A stretch of DNA of 64,000 nucleotides from assembly GCA_016707525.1 (NCBI GenBank), contig JADJHP010000003.1, positions 76,677-140,676 of the forward strand, in the 5' to 3' direction. This document shows positions 8,983-16,801 of the stretch, piece by piece; within the stretch, counting starts at the first letter, position 1; each line of letters begins with the position of its first letter. The position numbers and the translations under genes are program-made. The stretch comes from Ignavibacteriota bacterium. GTDB lineage: Bacteria > Bacteroidota > Ignavibacteria > UBA10030 > UBA6906. Under the pieces are notes generated by a model. It was given only the letters and a program-made list of their open reading frames with translations. It was not told the DNA's origin and ran no database searches.

Positions 8983-10255
8983 GTGATTCGTTCTTTGTCA
9001 GGCCGAACAATTCACGGAGCACTTTGATGCGCTGCAGCGTATCAGGCCCGTGGCTTCCGTTCTCCGCCCCTTGCTTCAGCGTCGTCAACGGTTGGTGCAG
9101 GATCTTGTTCACGATGCGTTTCGTGAGCATCTCCACCAGCTCGCGGTCCTCAGGCGTGAACCTGTTGATATTCTTGTGCACTTCCTCGGCACGGATCGCT
9201 TCGAGGGTGGTACGGAAATCCTGGATCGTGGGTGCGACCTGCAGCGACTTGTGCCACCGGAGGAACTCCGCCATCTCCTCGCGCACGATGCGCGTGACCG
9301 CGGGCATTTCCGCCGTCCGCTTCTGCAGGTTCCGGTCCACGATCGCGCTGAGCGCGTCGATGTCGTACAGGAACACGTTCTCGATGCGACGTGCGGCCGG
9401 GTCGACGTTGCGCGGCACGCCGATGTCAATGATGAAGAGCGGGTTGTTCCCGCGGCGGCGCATCACCTTCTGGACATCCTCCGGCCCGACGACGTAGGTC
9501 GGGCTGTTCACGGACGTGATGACGATGTCCGCGACGCGGAGCCCCTCCGCCATCTGCTCGTAGTCCACCACTTCGCCGCCGAGTTCGGCGACAAGCGCCT
9601 CGGCGCGGGCACGGGTCCTGTTAGCAACACGGACGGTCCCGATCCCCTTCCCTACCATGTGCTTCAGTGTCAGCTCGCCCGTCTCGCCGGCACCGATCAG
9701 CAGGACCGACTTCCGGGAGAGGTCGGCGAAGATCTTGCTGGCAAGTTCCACGGCCGCATAGCTCACCGACACCGCGCCCTCGCAGATCGACGTCTCGGTG
9801 CGGACCCGTTTCCCCACATGCAGGCTTGCCTGCATGAGCCGGTTCATCACGGGGCCCAGGGCGCCGGCATCGCGCGCGAGCTGGAACGCTTCCTTGACCT
9901 GATTCAGGATCTGGATATCGCCGATGACCATCGAATCGACGCCCGCCGCCACCTTGTAGAGGTGGTTCAGCACGGCACCGTCACGCCATGCGGTGAAATG
10001 CTCGGGGCGCACGGATCCATCGGCATGCTTGAGGTCGAGGAGCGTGGCGATCACATCGGTGTGATGGAGAGAGGCGTCGCGCGGGACACCATACAGCTCC
10101 GTGCGGTTGCAGGTGGAGACCAGCATGCACTCGTCAAAGAACCGTTCCTTCAACAGCGTCACAGCCTGCCGGGCTTCGTCGGTCGAGAGCCACATCCGTT
10201 CACGCACTTCCACCGCGGCGGTGTGGTGACTGATACCGATGGAAAAGAGATTCAT
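8972..10255 (-). CDS. hemA: Glutamyl-tRNA reductase
   Basis: 427 aa with VSTCNRTELY active-site motif and the LIGAGETG NADPH-binding motif. Confidence 0.95.
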   Translation of the reverse strand: MNLFSIGISHHTAAVEVRERMWLSTDEARQAVTLLKERFFDECMLVSTCNRTELYGVPRDASLHHTDVIATLLDLKHADGSVRPEHFTAWRDGAVLNHLYKVAAGVDSMVIGDIQILNQVKEAFQLARDAGALGPVMNRLMQASLHVGKRVRTETSICEGAVSVSYAAVELASKIFADLSRKSVLLIGAGETGELTLKHMVGKGIGTVRVANRTRARAEALVAELGGEVVDYEQMAEGLRVADIVITSVNSPTYVVGPEDVQKVMRRRGNNPLFIIDIGVPRNVDPAARRIENVFLYDIDALSAIVDRNLQKRTAEMPAVTRIVREEMAEFLRWHKSLQVAPTIQDFRTTLEAIRAEEVHKNINRFTPEDRELVEMLTKRIVNKILHQPLTTLKQGAENGSHGPDTLQRIKVLRELFGLTKNESHGD

Positions 10256-10273
10256 CCTACCCGCACGGCCCGT

Positions 10274-11104
10274 CTAGTGAAACGTGTGAAAGCTGCTGAG
10301 AAAGAGATTGATCACCATCATGGAGATGAACACGAACAGGAATCCGACCAGCGACACGATCATCGTCTTGCGCCCCTGCCACCCTCCGCGGCGCTTTGCC
10401 GTCAGGGCCAGGGCATACAGGCACCAGATCGCGATCGTACCGATGAGTTTCGGATCGAAATACGAGATATCCTTGAAGACGATCGGCAGCCAGACCACCC
10501 CGACAAGGATGGCGATGGTCAGCATCACGAACCCGAAAGCCTCCGAACGGTGGCTCATCGTCTCCAGGGTCTCCAGGTTCGGGAGCCGGCTGTAGACGAT
10601 GCCGAAACGGCTGGACTTGATCTCGTGATACAGCATCAGATACAACAGGCCGTAGACCGCGGAGATGGAGAGTGCGGTGTACCCGAGGATCGCTGCGGAC
10701 ACATGGAAGCCGAGCAGCCGGCTGTGCAGGTAGTCCGGGATCACCAGGAGGTCCCGGATGAACAACGACGAGATCGTCTGGAAGATGAACGCCAGCGTCA
10801 GGACGAACAACCCTGTATTGTGCACCCGCGTACGGAATTCGAGGTACAGGTACGCACCGCCGATGGAGGCGGCGAGCAGCGTCATGATCTCGAACAAGGA
10901 CGTGATCGGCGGATGGTCGAAGAGCACCGTCCTCGCACCCAGGAACACCAGGTGGAGGACGATGATCACGATCAGCGCCGGATGCTTGATCCTCTCAAGC
11001 ACGGGTGCACTCCTGAAGAACGTGATGCCATACACGGCCACGAGTGCAGCGTACAGCACCGGCAGGAGCACCTGCAGGGCATCAACGATAAGGCGGACAT
11101 CCAT
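10274..11104 (-). CDS. Cytochrome c assembly family membrane protein (CcsA/HemX-like), first gene of the heme operon
   Basis: 276 aa, polytopic membrane protein. Its position directly upstream of hemA matches hemX in Bacillus-type hem operons. Confidence 0.7.
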   Translation of the reverse strand: MDVRLIVDALQVLLPVLYAALVAVYGITFFRSAPVLERIKHPALIVIIVLHLVFLGARTVLFDHPPITSLFEIMTLLAASIGGAYLYLEFRTRVHNTGLFVLTLAFIFQTISSLFIRDLLVIPDYLHSRLLGFHVSAAILGYTALSISAVYGLLYLMLYHEIKSSRFGIVYSRLPNLETLETMSHRSEAFGFVMLTIAILVGVVWLPIVFKDISYFDPKLIGTIAIWCLYALALTAKRRGGWQGRKTMIVSLVGFLFVFISMMVINLFLSSFHTFH

Positions 11105-11153
11105 AGTATTTAAATATACGTATTTGGCGATTGAAAATGAAACCGCGGACCGG

Positions 11154-13046
11154 TCACTCTTCCAGCGTCGTGAGGTCCTTCGGATCCTGCCCGAGTGCCC
11201 TCGCCTTCAACACGCGGCGCATGATCTTCCCGCTCCGCGTCTTCGGCAGCACATCCATGAACTGAATGCTGTCCGGCTTGGCGATGGGGCCCATCTCGTG
11301 CGCCACATGTGCACGCAACTCATCGATCAGCTTGTCCGTCTTCTCGATGCCGGACTTCACCGTGACGTACGTATGGATGGCATTCCCCTTCACCTCATGG
11401 GGGAGCCCGATCGCTGCGGCTTCGGCGACGGCCGGATGGCTCACGAGCGCGCTCTCGATCTCGGCGGTGCCCAGGCGGTACCCCGATACCTTGATCACAT
11501 CGTCCACACGGCCGATCACCCAGTAGTATCCGTCCTCGTCACGGCGCGCGGAGTCGCCCGTCATGTACACGCCGGGGAACTTGGTCCAGTATTGCGCTTT
11601 GTACCGTTCGGGGTCCTTGTAGATCGTCCGCATCATGGCCGGCCACGGGGTCTTGATGATCAGGAACCCCTCCTCATTCGCACCGACCGGGGTCCCCTCT
11701 TCATTCACGATATCCATCTTCACCCCGGGGAACGGGCGCGTGCCTGAACCAGGCTTCAGCGCCACAGACGGCATCGGCGTGATCATGAACATCCCGGTCT
11801 CCGTCTGCCACCAGGTATCCATGATCGGACATTTCCCCTTGCCGATCACCCGGTGGTACCATTTCCACGCTTCGGGGTTGATGGGTTCACCGACGGAGCC
11901 CAGCAGGCGGAGCGACGACAGGTCGTGCCGGTTCGGCCAGTTCTCTCCGAATCGCATGAGTCCGCGGATCGCCGTGGGCGCCGTATACAGGATGTTGATC
12001 CCGTACTTCTCCACCATCGACCACCACCTGTTCGGATACGGATAGGTGGGTGCTCCTTCATACATGAAGGACGTGGTGCCGTTCAGCAGCGGGCCATACA
12101 CGATGTAGCTGTGGCCCGTGATCCATCCCGGATCCGCGGCACACCAATACCTGTCCTCCTCATGGATATCGAAGACGTACTTGAGAGTGGTGTATGTCCC
12201 CACCATGTACCCGCCATGCGTGTGGAGGATCGCCTTGGGTTTGCCGGTGGTGCCTGACGTGTACAACATGAACAGCGGGTCTTCGGCGTCCATCACTTCG
12301 ATATGGCAACCGCCGCCGGCGATCGGGAGCGCCATCAACTCGTGATACCACATGTCGCGCCCGGATTCCATGTTCACCGGCTCACCGGTGCGCTTCACCA
12401 CGAGCACGCTTTCCACCGTTGCCGCACGCTGGAGTGCTTCATCGGCGATCGCCTTCAGTGGCACGACCTTGCCGCGCTGGTAGGACCCGTCCGACACGAT
12501 CAGCACCTTGGACTGGCTGTCCTCGAGGCGCTCGTGGAGCGCTTCCACCGTGAACCCGCCATACACCACCGAGTGGATCGCCCCGATACGCGCACATGCC
12601 AGCATACCGATCACGAGTTCCGGGATGCGGCCCATGTACAGCGTGACACGGTCGCCCTTCTGCACGCCCAGGCTCCGCAGCACGTTCGCAAAGCGGCAGG
12701 TGTCGCGACGGAGCGCGAAGTAGCTGAACGACTTGAAATCGCCGTTCTCTCCTTCCCACATGAGTGCCAGTTTGTTGCGCCGGGCTGTTTCGGTGTGGCG
12801 ATCGAGACAGTTGTAGACGATGTTCGTCTTGCCACCCGTGAACCATTTGTAGAACGGCGGATTGGTGTCGTCGAGCACCCTGTCCCAGTGTTCGAACCAG
12901 TGCAGTTCATTCGCCTCCTTCGCCCAGAAGCCTTCGAGATCGCGCTCGGCGTCGGCCGCGAGCTTGTTCCAGTCAGGGACATGCGCGTGGCGGACCACGT
13001 CAGCGGATGGATAGAACACTTCACCGGACATGTGTGTGTCTGGCAT
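11154..13046 (-). CDS. acs: Acetyl-CoA synthetase (acetate--CoA ligase)
   Basis: 630 aa with YTSGTTGKPKA AMP-binding motif, WWQTETG and the SGKIMRR C-terminal motif. The start could be the ATG at 13031. Confidence 0.93.
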   Translation of the reverse strand: MPDTHMSGEVFYPSADVVRHAHVPDWNKLAADAERDLEGFWAKEANELHWFEHWDRVLDDTNPPFYKWFTGGKTNIVYNCLDRHTETARRNKLALMWEGENGDFKSFSYFALRRDTCRFANVLRSLGVQKGDRVTLYMGRIPELVIGMLACARIGAIHSVVYGGFTVEALHERLEDSQSKVLIVSDGSYQRGKVVPLKAIADEALQRAATVESVLVVKRTGEPVNMESGRDMWYHELMALPIAGGGCHIEVMDAEDPLFMLYTSGTTGKPKAILHTHGGYMVGTYTTLKYVFDIHEEDRYWCAADPGWITGHSYIVYGPLLNGTTSFMYEGAPTYPYPNRWWSMVEKYGINILYTAPTAIRGLMRFGENWPNRHDLSSLRLLGSVGEPINPEAWKWYHRVIGKGKCPIMDTWWQTETGMFMITPMPSVALKPGSGTRPFPGVKMDIVNEEGTPVGANEEGFLIIKTPWPAMMRTIYKDPERYKAQYWTKFPGVYMTGDSARRDEDGYYWVIGRVDDVIKVSGYRLGTAEIESALVSHPAVAEAAAIGLPHEVKGNAIHTYVTVKSGIEKTDKLIDELRAHVAHEMGPIAKPDSIQFMDVLPKTRSGKIMRRVLKARALGQDPKDLTTLEE

Positions 13047-13079
13047 GACGCTCTCCTGGGTGGTTGGGTTGAGTGATCG

Positions 13080-14654
13080 TTACATGGAAAGGCTAAAACT
13101 GCCGGGTCCCCCGACCACGGTCAGCATCGGCTCGAACATCGCATTCGCTTCCTGGCACTCCACGACCACCTGCGCAAACCGCGTGAAGCGGCCGGCAGGG
13201 ACCTCGAAGGCGGCTTTCAGGATAGGCTTCCAGTCCTCGGATGACCCGCTGCCCAGGCCCACCATCGACTCGACCGTATGGGTGTCCGATGCACCGGCAA
13301 GCCGCTGCAGGATCGATTCCGCAAGTTTCTTTTCGCGATTGAGAAGGCGTTCCAGCGTCTTGATATCCGTCTTCCTGGTGGCCGCGGAGACGCGCGCCCG
13401 TTCGGAGTCGTGCCGCCCTCCCCGCGACGGCGATGTCTCTGCGGGAAGCATCCGCTGGACATGGGCATCGAGGACGAAGGCATGCACGCGCCACGTGCTG
13501 AGCGTGGAAAGCCCGACCAGGATCTCGAACAATGCATCGCGCCGGAGATCGACGCGGCGCAGAAGATCGTTCCGGCCGAACACCACGGTGCCCGGTTCAG
13601 CGGGAAGGACGAGTGACCGCAGCCGCAGCGTATTCACCAGGGATTCGTGAACGTTGCGGTGTCTGATGGATTCCTGCTTGCCCAGAAGCAACATGCCTGT
13701 CCTGCTCACACTTGCTTCCTGGTTCTTCAGCGTGCTGAGGAAGAACCTCATGCCGGCATGATCGAAGGCAAAGATCTCGCTGCCGCGCTCCACACCGTCG
13801 ACGCCGACGCCGAAGGCGTGCGGGGATGGCGTATCCTGCAGAGAGATCAACCCGGCCGCAAGAACGAAGGCGGTCTGCTCATCGAATGCAATGCGCACAC
13901 GCACTGACGGCGTATGCAGCGGCGATGGGGGATCGGGGACGTATGGCTCAGCCGGTGCGGGCGCAGGCGCAGGCTGATGCGGCGGAACGAACGGCGCCGG
14001 TGCTTCCACCGGAATTCGGGGCGCAGCAACCTGAGAAACCGCGGGCCGCTTCGGTTCGGGAACAGATGATGGTGGCACCGGTGGGGTGACCGGTACAGGC
14101 CGGGAGAGTTCAACCGGCGGATGCGGAACAGCTACAGGACGTGACGCCTCAACCGGTGGTTTCGGAACAGCGAGGGCGGAGGCCTCAACCGGCGGTTTCG
14201 GAAAGCGACGAGGACGTGACGCCTCAACCGGTGGTTTCGGAACGGCCACAGGCCGTACCTGTGGCGCCGCTGGATCGGAAGCCTCGATGCGCCGGGGTGT
14301 TGGAGCCACGACCGACGTGGGAGCGTCGGGGGTGACCTCCGGAACAGGCCGCGGAGCCGGCGGTGCAGAAGCAGGGACAGGAATTTCGGGAACCGGAAAA
14401 GGCTTCCGCAGCGGCTCCTCTTTCAGCGGGGGCGGAGGAGGTGTAGAAAACAGCGCGGGCTTCTGGTGGACCGGCGGAGGAGGCGGAGCGGCGCCTTCCG
14501 CGGCAAGTCGTTCCACTTCGCCGACCATCCTGCGGACGACCGCATCAGCTTCCTCTGCCGGCACCCCACCGAGGGATGTGCGGAGGGCAGAGCTCCTGGC
14601 AAGTGCTCCCAGGAGTTCACCGAGGAGTGCGGCACCCATGATGTCTTTCATCAC
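13080..14654 (-). CDS. GvpL/GvpF-family domain protein with N-terminal helix and long Pro-rich repeat linker
   Basis: The C-terminal ~260 aa follow the GvpF/GvpL pattern as I recall it: conserved H..V.E...... LP.(R)FGTVV block, W-V-x-F-V block and AAF.VP....F.Q.V block. The N-terminal half is proline-rich with PKPPVEAS repeats. Identified by eye, not by HMM. Confidence 0.6.
   Translation of the reverse strand: MMKDIMGAALLGELLGALARSSALRTSLGGVPAEEADAVVRRMVGEVERLAAEGAAPPPPPVHQKPALFSTPPPPPLKEEPLRKPFPVPEIPVPASAPPAPRPVPEVTPDAPTSVVAPTPRRIEASDPAAPQVRPVAVPKPPVEASRPRRFPKPPVEASALAVPKPPVEASRPVAVPHPPVELSRPVPVTPPVPPSSVPEPKRPAVSQVAAPRIPVEAPAPFVPPHQPAPAPAPAEPYVPDPPSPLHTPSVRVRIAFDEQTAFVLAAGLISLQDTPSPHAFGVGVDGVERGSEIFAFDHAGMRFFLSTLKNQEASVSRTGMLLLGKQESIRHRNVHESLVNTLRLRSLVLPAEPGTVVFGRNDLLRRVDLRRDALFEILVGLSTLSTWRVHAFVLDAHVQRMLPAETSPSRGGRHDSERARVSAATRKTDIKTLERLLNREKKLAESILQRLAGASDTHTVESMVGLGSGSSEDWKPILKAAFEVPAGRFTRFAQVVVECQEANAMFEPMLTVVGGPGSFSLSM
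14104..14243. repeat. Imperfect 36-39-nt tandem repeats (core GCCTCAACCGG[T/C]GGTTTCGGAA) inside the GvpL/F-like gene
   Basis: Near-identical copies at 14137..14168 and 14212..14243, a variant at 14176..14204 and a degenerate copy at 14104..14129. They encode PKPPVEAS(RPxxx) repeats on the minus strand. Confidence 0.85.
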
Positions 14655-14807
14655 GCCCCTTCGTTCAGACCGGTGTATTTCATAGAACGCCTCTCAGACG
14701 AAGATACATATTGCGGGCGAAAACATCAAACTTGCGAGTGGTTTCAGGTTTTGGTACGTTAGTGAAACATTCCCTGACTCTTCTTCCTCCGAAAGAGCAT
14801 CTTACAA

Positions 14808-15431
14808 GTGACACAGCGATCTCCCCGGCTGTTGCCGGACGACGAGCTTATCGGGCTGGCCCGCGGGGGCGACGCGCGGGCATTCACGGAGCTCGTGAAG
14901 CGCTACGAGGACACGGTGTATCGGTTCTCGTACAAGATCTGCCGGGACAGCGAGGCGGCATCGGAGACCCTTCAGGACACGTTCATCAATGTGTACCGCA
15001 AATTGAACAGTTTTGACGGGAAATCCAAGTTCTCGACCTGGCTGTACACGATCGTGACCAATAATTGTCTGATGAAGCGCCGGAAGCGGAAGAGCGATCT
15101 GATGGAAGAGTCCCTCGAGGCCTACGATCATCCCCCCGGCCAGTCCGGCGGCACGCCACGGCAGAAACCGGTACACACACCGGAGACGCCGGCGGATGTC
15201 GTGATCGGGCGTGAACTCAAGACCTTGCTCGAAGATGCCATGGCAAAGCTTCCTGAAGAATATCGTGTGGTCTTCACCATGCGGGATGTCGAGGGGCGAT
15301 CCACGGAGGAAACCGCCGGGGTGCTCGGACTGTCGGTGGAAGCCACCAAGTCGCGCCTTCGCCGTGCACGGGCGTTCCTCCGCGACCAACTGCAGCCACA
15401 CCTGACGGCACATCCGGAGATCCTGACATGA
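14808..15431 (+). CDS. ECF-type RNA polymerase sigma-70 family factor
   Basis: 207 aa, GTG start. Region 2 (FTELVKRYEDTVYRFSYKICRD...DTFINVYRKL, STWLYTIVTNNCL) and region 4 (VFTMRDVEGRSTEETAGVLGLSVEATKSRLRRAR). Confidence 0.9.
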   Translation: MTQRSPRLLPDDELIGLARGGDARAFTELVKRYEDTVYRFSYKICRDSEAASETLQDTFINVYRKLNSFDGKSKFSTWLYTIVTNNCLMKRRKRKSDLMEESLEAYDHPPGQSGGTPRQKPVHTPETPADVVIGRELKTLLEDAMAKLPEEYRVVFTMRDVEGRSTEETAGVLGLSVEATKSRLRRARAFLRDQLQPHLTAHPEILT

Positions 15432-15703
15432 AGTGCGGGGACGTGTATCTCCATATATGTGACCACCTCGACGAGGACATCAATTCCGAGCGTTGCCGCC
15501 AGATCAAGCAGCACCTTGCAGAATGCCCGAATTGCAGCGAATACCTGAGCTCGCTCAAGCAAACGATCACGTTGTACCGTGCCCTCCCCCCTCCGCGCAT
15601 TCCGGCAGGAGCGCATCGCGACCTGTTCAAGACGATCTCATCGCTTACGGCAGAAGCGGCACCGGGGGCATCAAAACGCGGACGGAAAGCGAAGCGGGCC
15701 TGA
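15428..15703 (+). CDS. Zinc-finger (ZAS, HxxxCxxC) anti-sigma factor, soluble RsrA-like
   Basis: 91 aa with a 4-nt overlap with the sigma gene. CGDVYLHICDHL...HLAECPNC motif. No transmembrane segment is visible. Confidence 0.75.
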   Translation: MKCGDVYLHICDHLDEDINSERCRQIKQHLAECPNCSEYLSSLKQTITLYRALPPPRIPAGAHRDLFKTISSLTAEAAPGASKRGRKAKRA

Positions 15704-15778
15704 CCCTTCCGGCCCCCACCGTGCATCCTATGGACACAATTCGGGGGTCCCGTCCACACAGTACAGGAGTTTGATCGC

Positions 15779-15991
15779 ATGACAAAGAACGTAGGTCCGG
15801 CTGACCGGATCGTCCGCACCCTGCTCGCCATCGTCCTTGGCATTTTGATCTTCACCGGCGAAGTGACCGGCACGCTTGCTATCGTCCTCGGTGTCCTGGC
15901 TGTCGTTCTGCTCGCGACAAGCGCCGTGAGTTTCTGCCCGCTGTACACCATCGGGAAGATCTCCACCGCAAAGGACGGGGCGAAGAAGTAA
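15779..15991 (+). CDS. Small membrane protein, DUF2892 (YgaP C-terminal-like)
   Basis: 70 aa. GPADRIVR..L.. two-TM pattern ending in the SFCPLY motif typical of DUF2892, as I recall it. Confidence 0.65.
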   Translation: MTKNVGPADRIVRTLLAIVLGILIFTGEVTGTLAIVLGVLAVVLLATSAVSFCPLYTIGKISTAKDGAKK

Positions 15992-16224
15992 TGGGTCCGT
16001 CGTCCGGGAGTCCGATCTCCGGTTCGATGCAGGTCGAGGAGTTGTTGGAACGATATCCGATGGCAACGGGACTTCTGCTACAGCACGGGGTCCCCTGTCT
16101 CGTGTGCGGTGAACCGGTGTGGGGCACGCTCGGCGAGGTTCTGGGAAGCCATGGCAAGAAGCCGGAGGAGGCCGCCGCGATCGTGCAGGAACTCAAGAAG
16201 GAGCTGGAGGTGAAACCCCTATGA
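15991..16224 (+). CDS. DUF1858-like redox-disulfide protein (hybrid-cluster-protein-associated type)
   Basis: 77 aa. VEELLERYP...L..HG..CLVCGEPVWGTL motif. TAATG overlap with the upstream gene. Confidence 0.6.
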   Translation: MGPSSGSPISGSMQVEELLERYPMATGLLLQHGVPCLVCGEPVWGTLGEVLGSHGKKPEEAAAIVQELKKELEVKPL

Positions 16225-16403
16225 TGCGTAGCATATGGTTCAAACGCGCGGCTGCGGTGCTGCTTGGCAGTGCCGGCGGCTTCGCGTACTATTATTTCAT
16301 CGGGTGTGCGAGCGGAACATGTCCGATAACGTCCAGCCCGTACATCAGCACGGGATACGGGGCGTTGATCGGCGTGATACTCACAACAGGACGGAAGTCA
16401 TGA
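16221..16403 (+). CDS. Small membrane protein with GCxSGxCP motif (DUF6132-like)
   Basis: ORF 16119..16403 trimmed to the ATG at 16221 (ATGA overlap). MMRSIWFKRAAAVLLGSAGGFAYYYFIGCASGTCPITSSPY... Confidence 0.55.
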   Translation: MMRSIWFKRAAAVLLGSAGGFAYYYFIGCASGTCPITSSPYISTGYGALIGVILTTGRKS

Positions 16404-16789
16404 CGACCATCGGGGTGGTGCTCGGGATCTTCGCCTCGCTGCTGATCATACTGCAGCTCGTGATCGTGATCAATGCGAAGAAACGGAGAGGGCGCCGTAT
16501 CCTCGGCGTGGGTGGGCCACTCGGTGAGGCGGTCAATTCGGGCGACCGCGTTCTTGCCTATTTCTACTCTCCGACCTGCTCGGAGTGCAAGACCCAGACG
16601 CCGATCATCGACATCCTTCAGCGCGAATACCCCAATGTGTACAAGGTCGACGTTGCGGAGCATTTCGAAGCCGCGCGGGCATTCGGTGTGATGGCGACGC
16701 CGACGACCGTCCTCGTTGACCAGAGCAAGATCGTCGACGTCTTCGTCGGCACCCGCAGTGAAGCGGTCCTCCGGGAAGCACTGCTGTAA
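16400..16789 (+). CDS. Membrane-anchored thioredoxin-fold protein (CxxC = CSEC)
   Basis: ORF 16235..16789 trimmed to the ATG at 16400 (ATGA overlap). N-terminal TM helix, then YFYSPTCSECK and the MATPTTVL cis-Pro region. Confidence 0.75.
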   Translation: MTTIGVVLGIFASLLIILQLVIVINAKKRRGRRILGVGGPLGEAVNSGDRVLAYFYSPTCSECKTQTPIIDILQREYPNVYKVDVAEHFEAARAFGVMATPTTVLVDQSKIVDVFVGTRSEAVLREALL

Positions 16790-16801
16790 CACTCTCCTGT
16801 C

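Noticed and set aside
14104-14243. The regularly spaced direct repeats could be mistaken for a small CRISPR-like array.
   Set aside because: The repeats are contiguous with no unique spacers, lie in-frame inside a long ORF, and encode a Pro-rich peptide repeat. No cas genes are present anywhere in the window.
16605-16801. The C-terminal 65 aa of the 571-aa permease ORF overlap the thioredoxin gene on the opposite strand.
   Set aside because: It is the out-of-frame tail created by the frameshift at about 16978. The true permease C-terminus is the 16802..16984 frame.
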